31,572 bases of DNA from a virus. The DNA is taken from IMG/VR virus record IMGVR_UViG_3300038805_000124; one strand, given 5' to 3'. A program made the translations under genes and the position numbers. Below are positions 24,623-31,572 of the stretch, one piece after another. Within the stretch, counting starts at the first letter, position 1, and each line of letters begins with the position of its first letter. The notes below the pieces were generated by a model. That model ran no database searches. It was not told the DNA's origin and was given only the letters and a program-made list of their open reading frames with translations.

Positions 24623-25277
24623 CGTAGGCGTGTCATGCGAGCAGATGTATGCACTCATGACGGAAGCGTACAAGGTGGAGTGCAAGCATCGCGGAATGAC
24701 ATTCGTAGACGACGAACCGACAAAGGAGCGTCTGCAAAGCTGCGCCGACTGGCTGACGAACTCTCGCAAGAAGTTCGGGCTGCTTCTTTACGGCGGAGTG
24801 GGCAATGGTAAGAGCACAACGATGCGAGCGATCGCGAGAAGCTGCAGCAGCCTTAAGGACGCTGCGCGCAAGACACTTGAATATAACCACTTGAAAATGA
24901 CTTCGGAGCAGCGTCGGACATACGAGAATATTCTGTATAACACACCGGACTTCGCAATAATTACCGCTCAGATGATAGCTGCATACGCTAAAGATGCAAA
25001 AGACGGAAATCTTGACAACTGGACCAAGGTGCAGCGCACCGCCTATCTGGCTATTGACGATCTCGGCTGTGAGCCGGTAGCCGTAAAGAATTACGGCACG
25101 GAGGTCACTCCGGTAACCGATATTCTCTACCAGCGCTACGACACTCTCGCTCCGACTATCATAACGACAAACCTCGATAAGAAAGACATTCGCGGTCGTT
25201 ACGGCGACAGAGTTGCGGACCGCTTCAATGAGATGTTCGAACTTATCGGCTTCAAAACGAAGTCCTACAGAAGATAA
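24546..25277 (+). CDS. DnaC/IstB-like AAA+ helicase loader (243 aa from the ATG at 24546; the ATG at 24645 is also possible)
   Basis: Motifs: LLLYGGVGNGKSTTMRAIA (Walker A), AYLAIDDLGCEP (Walker B) and TIITTNL (sensor 1). Confidence 0.75.
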   Translation: MDFTPEELIRLATSTIGSENIRQRFSVGVSCEQMYALMTEAYKVECKHRGMTFVDDEPTKERLQSCADWLTNSRKKFGLLLYGGVGNGKSTTMRAIARSCSSLKDAARKTLEYNHLKMTSEQRRTYENILYNTPDFAIITAQMIAAYAKDAKDGNLDNWTKVQRTAYLAIDDLGCEPVAVKNYGTEVTPVTDILYQRYDTLAPTIITTNLDKKDIRGRYGDRVADRFNEMFELIGFKTKSYRR

Positions 25278-25296
25278 TTTTAAAAAAATAAAAGCA

Positions 25297-25812
25297 ATGA
25301 ATAAAAAACAACTTGACAAGCTCCGCATTAAGGAGTTTCCGCAGGAGCTTACAGACATTTTCACTCCGCACGAGGAAGAAGACGAGTTCGGCTACTATTC
25401 CACCGGACTGTTCCGCTACAAAAGCAAAAGCGTCTTCGTTAACATCGAGAACGGTAAGTGGCATCTTTCCGCAGATGCAAGGCGCACACTCAGCTACTAT
25501 GAGCTTAAAGACTTGCGTTATAGGTTTATGCCGAACCGTATCTCCGTGGCGCAGATATTTCCGCCCAGAGATGAGTTCGTGAACATCAATGAAACTTGCT
25601 TCCACTTATGGGAGGTATCTCCGGACGATTCGCCGGCAGAGTCTATTTTGGCGCTTGTCTCTGTAGTGGAGCGCGCCAAGTCCGTACTGAAGGCATCTTT
25701 GGAAAATCCGAAGAATGCAGATCAGAACATGGAATACTTCAGAGGTAAATACATCGCCTACGATGAAGTCAGCGGTGTAATATCTCAGATATTCTTTCCT
25801 AAACGAAGCTAA
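25297..25812 (+). CDS. Hypothetical protein (171 aa from the ATG at 25297)
   Basis: ATG in an A-rich context (aaaaaataaaagcaATG). No family recognised. Confidence 0.5.
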   Translation: MNKKQLDKLRIKEFPQELTDIFTPHEEEDEFGYYSTGLFRYKSKSVFVNIENGKWHLSADARRTLSYYELKDLRYRFMPNRISVAQIFPPRDEFVNINETCFHLWEVSPDDSPAESILALVSVVERAKSVLKASLENPKNADQNMEYFRGKYIAYDEVSGVISQIFFPKRS

Positions 25813-25823
25813 TAATATCTACT

Positions 25824-26108
25824 ATGAACGCAATTACAATGATTCTGACAACAATAATTGTCCTTATAGTGCTCGCGCTGGCGCTCTTCGGGCTGCTGGC
25901 GGCTGCAAGCTGGATAGCCGGCTATCGCTATGAGATACCGGCAGACAGCATTGATGCAATCGAAGAAGCAGTCGAGGATATGCGCGACCACTACCGTACC
26001 GTTGATAATCCGGATAAACAGACAACTGCTCTCAATGAGATTTGGGAGCAAGTCCAAATAATTAAAGATTTAGAAAATGAAAAATCTGACAATCAAAGTG
26101 AAGTATGA
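25824..26108 (+). CDS. Small membrane protein (94 aa, N-terminal TM segment)
   Basis: The hydrophobic N-terminus is ITMILTTIIVLIVLALALFGLLAAASWIAGY. Confidence 0.5.
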   Translation: MNAITMILTTIIVLIVLALALFGLLAAASWIAGYRYEIPADSIDAIEEAVEDMRDHYRTVDNPDKQTTALNEIWEQVQIIKDLENEKSDNQSEV

Positions 26109-26250
26109 TGTGGGAGACATCGTCTGGGCCGCAGCCTACAGCGACTTTCATAAGCCCGCACCGGCGAAGTGTAAAATTTCGACAATCAGTATTCTTTACG
26201 AAAGAAAGATAGCAAAAATATGCAGACAAATAATGAGATTTAAATTTTAA
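26077..26250 (+). CDS. Small hypothetical protein (57 aa; below the ORF-track cutoff)
   Basis: Hand translation: MKNLTIKVKYDVGDIVWAAAYSDFHKPAPAKCKISTISILYERKIAKICRQIMRFKF. It overlaps the previous gene by 32 nt and fills the gap before the exonuclease. Confidence 0.3.
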   Translation: MKNLTIKVKYDVGDIVWAAAYSDFHKPAPAKCKISTISILYERKIAKICRQIMRFKF

Positions 26251-26255
26251 AAACT

Positions 26256-26821
26256 ATGAAGATTTTTATTTCGACCTGGAAACTACCGGAGTGAATCCGC
26301 AGGTGCATGGCATCCACCAGATATCCGGTATGATTGAAATTGACGGCGAAATCAAAGAAAAATTTGATTTCCATGTGGCTCCGAATCAGCACGCCTTAAT
26401 TGACAAGGAAGCGTTGAAAATCGCCGGCGTTACTCATGAGCAGATTCTCGCATATCCGCCGATGAGAGAGGTTTACCGCAAAATCATCGCCATGCTGTCA
26501 AAGTATGTCGATAGGTATGATAAGACCGATAAGTTCTTTCTCTGCGGTTATAATAACGCCGCGTTTGACAATCAGTTCTTCCGTGGCTTCTTCGCGCAGA
26601 ACTACGACAACTATTTCGGTTCTTGGTTCTGGAGCAATTCGCTCGATGTCATGGTACTGGCTACGCTCGCTCTTGCAGACAAACGTGCCAAGCTGCAGAA
26701 TTTCAAACTGGCAACCGTGGCGGAGGCCATGGGTGTAAAGGTTGAGGAGGCAGATCTCCATGACGCTATGTATGATATCTACCTGACTAAGGAGATATTC
26801 GATAAAATTCGAAATCAATAA
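26256..26821 (+). CDS. DnaQ-like DEDDh 3'-5' exonuclease with an apparent -1 frame change at the T5 run 26263-26267 (slippage, indel error or pseudogene)
   Basis: Exo I FDLETTG (26270-26290), Exo II GYNNAAFDNQF and Exo III HDAMYD are all in the frame of ORF 26291..26821. That frame has no ATG, GTG or TTG between the stop at 26234-26236 and the GTG at 26291. The ATG at 26256 (MKIF) is in another frame. Confidence 0.65.
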
Positions 26822-26842
26822 ATCTAAGCGAGCTATTTTTTA

Positions 26843-27259
26843 ATGAAAAAAGTCCGAACGAAGCGCGCGCCCAGCCGCGTGATGAAAGCAGTGAAGATAG
26901 GGGAGGAGACGCGGCTGGCGCAGAGCGGCGGAGACTTCTTCACACTGCTCGTGGAGCAGCAGCTCGGAGCGCGCTGCCTTAGAGAACTTCAGTTCGATGC
27001 GAAGAGGAAGTTCCGCTTTGACTACGCGCTTCCTGACTATAAGCTCGCAATAGAGATTGACGGCGGCATCTGGAAGCAAGGCGGCGGAAGGCATAACAGA
27101 GCATCCGGCTGGCTGGTGGACCAAGAAAAAATGAATCTCGCAGTATCGCAAGGCTGGCGCATTCTGCACTTCACTCCGCAGCAGCAGAACACAATGGCAA
27201 CGCTGGAGCTTATACGCAGCTCCATGAGATTTCGCAGCGAGGAAATAAAATCGGGCTAA
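26843..27259 (+). CDS. PD-(D/E)XK endonuclease-like protein, DUF559/Vsr-like fold (138 aa)
   Basis: FRFDYALPDYKLAIEIDGGIW...GGRHNRASGWLVDQEKMNLAVSQGWRILHFT fits the D...(E/D)xDG core plus the C-terminal GW-x-hL-x-F pattern of this family. Confidence 0.55.
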   Translation: MKKVRTKRAPSRVMKAVKIGEETRLAQSGGDFFTLLVEQQLGARCLRELQFDAKRKFRFDYALPDYKLAIEIDGGIWKQGGGRHNRASGWLVDQEKMNLAVSQGWRILHFTPQQQNTMATLELIRSSMRFRSEEIKSG

Positions 27260-27275
27260 AATTTTAACAATCAAA

Positions 27276-27292
27276 TGCGTATGCCATACGCA
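27276..27292 (+). promoter_or_regulatory. 17-bp palindrome/hairpin TGCGTAT-GCC-ATACGCA; second copy of the 7191..7207 element
   Basis: Same 7-bp arms and same AA and AAAT flanks as at 7191-7207. Followed by a T-run (27296-27302), so it could also act as the terminator of the preceding gene. Confidence 0.5.
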
Positions 27293-27301
27293 AAATTTTT
27301 T

Positions 27302-27309
27302 TAACTTTG
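27302..27309 (+). promoter_or_regulatory. Candidate Bacteroidota-type -7 promoter box (TAACTTTG = TAnnTTTG)
   Basis: Exact consensus match 6 nt upstream of the ATG at 27316, which implies a nearly leaderless transcript. Confidence 0.3.
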
Positions 27310-27315
27310 TACAAA

Positions 27316-27627
27316 ATGGGAAAGAAGCGCACAATTGTAAAACTCGCTCCGAAGATGAATATCTTCCAGCGGCTGATATGGAAATTCAAGTACAATCGCA
27401 CTCCTCAAGTGCAGGTAGTGCGAAAGTCCGGCTTTAATTGGCGGGTCTTCACAAGGAACAACTCTCGCGCAGTATGGGTTTACCGCGAAACACTTAAAAA
27501 CAAGAAGGCTGTTCAGGCGATGCAGTTCGTCAAGGCAAAATACCGCGGATATGTCTTCTACATGCCTGAAAGGGCTTTCGCGAAAGCGGCGGCAGCATTA
27601 AACAAGAAGAAAAATGAGCAGTACTAA
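27316..27627 (+). CDS. Small basic hypothetical protein (103 aa from the ATG at 27316)
   Basis: MGKKRTIVKLAPKMNIFQRLIWKFKYNR... Its end overlaps the terS start. No family recognised. Confidence 0.45.
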   Translation: MGKKRTIVKLAPKMNIFQRLIWKFKYNRTPQVQVVRKSGFNWRVFTRNNSRAVWVYRETLKNKKAVQAMQFVKAKYRGYVFYMPERAFAKAAAALNKKKNEQY

Positions 27628-28171
27628 AGAGAAAAAAGCGAAACTGTCAGCTAAAGAGGAGCGATTTTGTTATGAGTACATTTTGCACCTCAACGCGAGT
27701 AAGGCGGCAATCGCCGCCGGCTATGCCGCGAAATCTGCTCGCATAACCGGCTGCAGGCTGCTAACAAAGCCTAACATTAAAAGCAGGATTGCCTATTTTA
27801 AGGATAATCTTGCTGAAGCATCCGGCATATCCGCTCTTCGGATTTTGAAGGAGCACGAGAAGATTGCGTTTGCCAACGCCGGACAGATAAGGCGCAGCTG
27901 GCTGACGATGAAGGAGTTCAACTCTTTGACTGAAGACGAGAAGGCAATCATCCAGGAGATTACAACAAGGACGACCAAGCATGGAACCGAGCTGAAGATT
28001 AAGCTGTATGACAAGCAGCGAAGTCTTGACAGCATAAATCAGATGCTTGGCTACGACGCTCCTATTAAAGCTGAGATAACCGGCAAGGACGGCAAAGACT
28101 TGATACCGGCTCGAATACTTACGAAAAAAGAAGCGGTAGAGCTTCTGCAAAAACTTGAAGATGAGTTCTGA
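27614..28171 (+). CDS. terS: Terminase small subunit (Terminase_2 family, 185 aa)
   Basis: KEERFCYEYILHLNASKAAIAAGYAAKSARITGCRLLTKPNIKSRI is the characteristic N-terminal HTH block of this family. Overlaps the terL start. Confidence 0.85.
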   Translation: MSSTKEKKAKLSAKEERFCYEYILHLNASKAAIAAGYAAKSARITGCRLLTKPNIKSRIAYFKDNLAEASGISALRILKEHEKIAFANAGQIRRSWLTMKEFNSLTEDEKAIIQEITTRTTKHGTELKIKLYDKQRSLDSINQMLGYDAPIKAEITGKDGKDLIPARILTKKEAVELLQKLEDEF

Positions 28172-29612
28172 TATACACGATATCGATATCATTAAGACAT
28201 GGTGCTTGTCCGGCATGCTGAACTTTACGCGGTACTTCTTCAAGAAGAGATACAATCGAAAGTTCATAGTGGGCAAGCATCACGAATTGATATCCAATGC
28301 CCTGGATAAGGTTATATCAGGCGAAATAAAGAAGCTGATGATAAACATCGCACCTCGTTACGGCAAGACCGAATTGGCGGTAAAGAATTTCATAGCGCAA
28401 GGGCTTGCAATCAATCCGGCTGCAAAATTCATTCATCTGTCTTATTCTGACGATTTGGTGCGTGACAATTCGGCGGATGTGCAGGCGATAATGAATACAC
28501 CGGAGTACCGGCGATTATTCGACGCTGCACCTTTATCGAACAGCTCAAAGAAGTGGTACACCAAAGAGGGCGGCGGTTTGTACGCAGTATCGAGCGCCGG
28601 TCAAGTTACCGGATTCGGAGCCGGCCTGGTGGATGATGCCGGCGATGAGAATGAAGAGGAAATGCTGGACGAATTTATGCCGTATGTCGACAATTCTTCC
28701 TTTGGCGGAGCAATCGTCATAGATGATCCGATAAAGCCCGACGATGCGCTTTCCGACACGCAGAGGAACAAGGTCAACAACAAGTTCGATACGACCATTC
28801 GCAACCGCGTTAACAGCAGGAATACGCCGTTAGTGATAATTATGCAGCGCTTGCACCAGTACGACCTTTGCGGCTATCTATTGGAGACGGAACCGGAAAA
28901 ATGGACCGTTCTTTCGCTTCCATGCATTTATACCGATGAGAAGGGAAACGAGAAGGCTTTATGGGAGTTCAAGCATACTTTGGAAGAGCTCCGCGAGCTG
29001 GAGCGCATCAACTCTTATGTCTTCGAGACGCAGTATATGCAGAATCCAAAGCCGCTTGAAGGACTTATGTACCAGGAGTTCCGAACATACGACACACTGC
29101 CGACCGGAAGCTATCGCATCAAGAACTACACCGATACTGCCGATACCGGCGCTGACTATCTTTGCTCCATTACATACGCTGAGTTTGACACAGCGCTCTA
29201 TGTGCTGGATGTACTGTATACGAAAAAACCTATGGAGTATACGGAGCCGGAGACTGCAAGAATGCTTACCAATAACGCAGTGGCGTCGTGCATCGTTGAG
29301 GCGAACAGTGGCGGCCGCGGCTTCCGTCGCAACGTGGAGAGGTGCTGCCGCGAGCTCGGCAATAATCAAACTCGTTTCCAGGATTATACACAGACGCTCA
29401 ACAAGCAAGTGCGGATTTTCTCGCACTCCGCAGAAGTGAATAACCTGGTCTTTTTTCCTACCGGCTGGAATCATCGCTGGAGAGAATTTTACGATGCCAT
29501 AACAAGCTACCAAAAGGAAGGAGGCAACGCGCATGACGATGCTCCTGATGCGCTTACCGGACTTGTAGAGCACCGCGACTCTCGGCAGACGAGCCGCTTT
29601 TCACGAACTTAA
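28161..29612 (+). CDS. terL: Terminase large subunit (483 aa from the ATG at 28161)
   Basis: INIAPRYGKTE is a Walker A-like motif. AIVIDDPIKPDD is a Walker B motif. The C-terminal nuclease region carries the acidic motifs YTDTADTGADY and NAHDDAPDAL. Confidence 0.85.
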   Translation: MSSDIHDIDIIKTWCLSGMLNFTRYFFKKRYNRKFIVGKHHELISNALDKVISGEIKKLMINIAPRYGKTELAVKNFIAQGLAINPAAKFIHLSYSDDLVRDNSADVQAIMNTPEYRRLFDAAPLSNSSKKWYTKEGGGLYAVSSAGQVTGFGAGLVDDAGDENEEEMLDEFMPYVDNSSFGGAIVIDDPIKPDDALSDTQRNKVNNKFDTTIRNRVNSRNTPLVIIMQRLHQYDLCGYLLETEPEKWTVLSLPCIYTDEKGNEKALWEFKHTLEELRELERINSYVFETQYMQNPKPLEGLMYQEFRTYDTLPTGSYRIKNYTDTADTGADYLCSITYAEFDTALYVLDVLYTKKPMEYTEPETARMLTNNAVASCIVEANSGGRGFRRNVERCCRELGNNQTRFQDYTQTLNKQVRIFSHSAEVNNLVFFPTGWNHRWREFYDAITSYQKEGGNAHDDAPDALTGLVEHRDSRQTSRFSRT

Positions 29613-29628
29613 AAAAAGCTGACAATAT

Positions 29629-30054
29629 ATGACACTGCTGGAAAAAATTAAAACTATCGCTGAAGCTGCATGTCCTGGCTATCACTTCATATTCGAAACT
29701 ACCAGGATGATGAATGTAGAAGCTGATGACTCTCCGTTTCCGTGCATCTTCATGGATGAATACTATGAAAGCGGCTACGCATATCGCTATGGTTGGAAGC
29801 GAACAGCGCGGCTGGAACTGTCATTCATGAAGCTCGCGGAGATGCAGGGCGATGCTATTGAGCGCGAAGCTCTGCGAGACGAGATTAGAGCTGAAGCTGT
29901 TAAGTCCTTTCTTGAAGCGCTCGAAGCATCTGGTTACTTCGAAAGTATCGAGCAGAACGGTACCGCTATCTCTTCTCCCAACGAACCGCCGCGCTTTGAT
30001 GCCAATGCCGTATCTGTATTTTTGCGGCTGACAGTGACTTTCCGAGATTGCTGA
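29629..30054 (+). CDS. Hypothetical head-tail joining module protein (141 aa)
   Basis: Positional inference only (after terL and before an HK97 gp10-like ORF). Confidence 0.4.
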   Translation: MTLLEKIKTIAEAACPGYHFIFETTRMMNVEADDSPFPCIFMDEYYESGYAYRYGWKRTARLELSFMKLAEMQGDAIEREALRDEIRAEAVKSFLEALEASGYFESIEQNGTAISSPNEPPRFDANAVSVFLRLTVTFRDC

Positions 30055-30058
30055 TGCC

Positions 30059-30544
30059 ATGGCAAGAATAGTCTTACATAAAATCAACTTCGAGGGCAGC
30101 GACTTCACATACGGAAGCCGCATAGCTCTCGGGGAGATATTCGGCCAGGAAGATATATCTGAATATCAAAAATTCAAGGCTGCATTCCGCGAGCTGCACG
30201 GCTTTTCAGCCAGGCTGCTTCCAGTGCGCCGGAGAGTCAAGGTTTTCGGGCATATAATCGACGGATTGAAGGCATGGATAGATAAAGAGCAGCAGCTTCT
30301 CCAATATACTCCTTCCAGCGACGAGCTTGCCGCCGGTGTGAAAGAGCTCGGCGAGAAGGTAGGCAATATGTCGACTATCAAGGCGCTCGCGAAAGCGTAC
30401 TCCAAAGATCCGGACGAGATACTCCGCTGGGATTATGCCAAAGTGTTCGGCATTCTCTATACGGACCTGGAAGAGCGCAAGTATGAGAAAAAATTAAACA
30501 AGCGTATCTATGGCAGAACTGGAGCTGGCAAATACACGGATTGA
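30059..30544 (+). CDS. Hypothetical structural-module protein (161 aa)
   Basis: Tightly packed ORF. No family recognised. Confidence 0.4.
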   Translation: MARIVLHKINFEGSDFTYGSRIALGEIFGQEDISEYQKFKAAFRELHGFSARLLPVRRRVKVFGHIIDGLKAWIDKEQQLLQYTPSSDELAAGVKELGEKVGNMSTIKALAKAYSKDPDEILRWDYAKVFGILYTDLEERKYEKKLNKRIYGRTGAGKYTD

Positions 30545-31052
30545 CGCGCTTGTGGAAGATGCGCTCGAGAAGTGCATCTCACAAATCAAAGCCAATTCCA
30601 AGAGAGCCGGCCAAGTGGCGACCGGCAAGACACTGAAGTCTCTGGAGTGGCGGCTTGAAAGGGCAGGAAACGACTATGTGGCGACAATCCTCGGGCGGAA
30701 ATACTTCGGTGCGCTTGAGACCGGAAGAGGCGTCTACCAGGGCGGAAAAGCGGCAATAAAGGAATTTAACGATGCGCTTGTGGAGTGGTTCAAGGCTCGC
30801 GGCATTCACTCCGAGATGAATGACGAACAGCTGCGCCTCGAAGCGAACCGGCTCCGCTGGTATATCAACCGTTATGGCACTCGTCTCTATCAAAGAGGCG
30901 GACGCAAGGATATCTTCACGCCGGCAGTGGAAGGGTTTATAGAGACACTGCAAAAGCAGCTTGCGGTCTTCTTTGAAAAACAAATATCGGACATGTTCAC
31001 GCAAGGGTTCCAGGGATTCGGAAATTCCGAGCTTTCAGTTCAATCGCAATAA
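30510..31052 (+). CDS. HK97 gp10-like tail-completion / head-tail joining protein candidate (180 aa)
   Basis: The N-terminal pattern SKRAGQVATGKTLKSLEWRLERAGNDYVATILGRKYFGALETGRG resembles the gp10-family block. Recognised by eye only. Confidence 0.35.
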   Translation: MAELELANTRIDALVEDALEKCISQIKANSKRAGQVATGKTLKSLEWRLERAGNDYVATILGRKYFGALETGRGVYQGGKAAIKEFNDALVEWFKARGIHSEMNDEQLRLEANRLRWYINRYGTRLYQRGGRKDIFTPAVEGFIETLQKQLAVFFEKQISDMFTQGFQGFGNSELSVQSQ

Positions 31053-31064
31053 AAAAGTAATGCT

Positions 31065-31572
31065 ATGTATAATCTTCTTCGCACTAACTATCTGGACGCA
31101 TTCGGCACTGCCGAGAAAGCCGCTGACAATGCCGCCGGCGGAGTCGCTTTATGGGAGCTGCCGAGCGAAATGCGCCGCGCGTACAATCCGATAATTGTAA
31201 CTCGCACGAAATATCTGCATCTTATTCGCGGCACTTATGAGCCGAGCTATGCTCCGGTTCCGAATTTTATCAAAAAGACAGCAGCGCGCAAAATAGGCTT
31301 TGACGCAGCTCTTTCCAGCAGCATACGCATTTGTGTTAAGTTGACGGATGATTCATACGCTGTCGACACGGTCGGTTCCGGACGCACCGAATGGACATTC
31401 AGTGATATCTCCAACGATATAGCGGAAGTGGTAGGAGCTTCGTTCGATACATCGCTCACTGCGGCGGACTTTGCGAAGTTCAGGAATTATATCTACGACA
31501 GCTCGCAAATTTTCATCCGCGCCGGCTATGCTTACCAGGATGCCAACTTCATGTGCAGCGAAGACGGAGATG
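31065..31572 (+). CDS. N-terminal part of a ~483-aa virion (tail/baseplate-associated) protein that continues across the circular junction into 1..1071
   Basis: The ATG at 31065 (MYNLLRTNYLDAFGTAEK...) stays open to the window end. The frame is identical to ORF 106..1071 once the 127-bp overlap is collapsed. The ORF track misses it because there is no stop before the window edge. Confidence 0.7.
   Translation, partial: MYNLLRTNYLDAFGTAEKAADNAAGGVALWELPSEMRRAYNPIIVTRTKYLHLIRGTYEPSYAPVPNFIKKTAARKIGFDAALSSSIRICVKLTDDSYAVDTVGSGRTEWTFSDISNDIAEVVGASFDTSLTAADFAKFRNYIYDSSQIFIRAGYAYQDANFMCSEDGD
31446..31572. repeat. Terminal direct repeat, copy 2 (identical to 1..127)
   Basis: Same 127-nt string as the window start. 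The window ends exactly where the repeat ends. Confidence 0.9.

Noticed and set aside
775-25364. Numerous long minus-strand ORFs (for example 775-1569, 1735-2472, 4259-4822, 5634-6329, 9235-9966, 10376-11026, 11007-11876, 12209-12808, 13690-14577, 15125-15910, 15932-16477, 19048-19626, 24633-25364)
   Set aside because: All lie fully antisense to longer + strand ORFs that have recognisable families or tight operon packing. Their translations are low-complexity and Arg/Leu/Ser/Cys-rich, which is typical of shadow ORFs.
26291-26821. The GTG at 26291 as the true start of the exonuclease, as implied by the ORF track
   Set aside because: It would remove the FDLETTG Exo I motif, which is encoded in the same frame immediately upstream (26270-26290). 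An exonuclease lacking the D-x-E residues would be inactive. The upstream ATG at 26256 plus a 1-nt frame change explains the sequence better.
30510-30544. The 35-nt overlap between ORFs 30059-30544 and 30510-31052 as a G/GT-type programmed -1 frameshift of tail assembly chaperones
   Set aside because: The downstream ORF is in the +1 frame relative to the upstream ORF, not -1. It has its own ATG, and no slippery heptamer is visible. The pair is also not located between a tube gene and the tape-measure-like gene.
1-31572. Stop-codon reassignment (TAG or TGA recoding), as seen in some gut phages
   Set aside because: All recognisable genes, including terL, RT, capsid, RecT and the FtsK-like fusion, are full-length and intact under the standard code. 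Genes are tightly packed without in-frame stops that would need readthrough.

Overview
The window is a complete tailed dsDNA phage genome assembled as a circle. Bases 1-127 are identical to 31446-31572, so the unique length is about 31,445 bp. One structural gene reads straight through that junction. Every credible gene is on the + strand.

Module order:
- tail or baseplate genes and a tape-measure-like gene (31065 through the junction to 6878)
- head module with a ClpP-like protease/scaffold fusion and the major capsid protein (7222-9735)
- tube-like protein, portal and connector (9824-12838)
- fibre-like protein plus a diversity-generating retroelement (12871-16585)
- lysis cassette (16799-18916)
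- AT-rich regulatory gap (18917-19207)
- early, recombination and replication genes (19208-27259)
- small and large terminase and head-tail joining genes (27614-31052)

Start codons sit in A-rich contexts without Shine-Dalgarno sequences. Two intergenic TAnnTTTG boxes are present. Both features suggest a Bacteroidota host, which is inference only.

The main finding is a complete DGR in the order target gene with VR, Avd, TR, RT. TR and VR are each 118 bp. By hand alignment 11 of the 14 mismatches fall on TR adenines.

Other points worth checking:
- three non-adenine TR/VR mismatches
- a DEDDh exonuclease whose catalytic motif lies upstream of any in-frame start, next to a T5 run
- a RecB-like nuclease fused to an FtsK-like ATPase, directly after RecT
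- iteron-like repeats inside the replisome-organizer gene
- a 17-bp palindrome shared by two late-operon leaders
- no integrase or repressor

All calls come from reading the sequence and ORF translations by eye. No searches were run.
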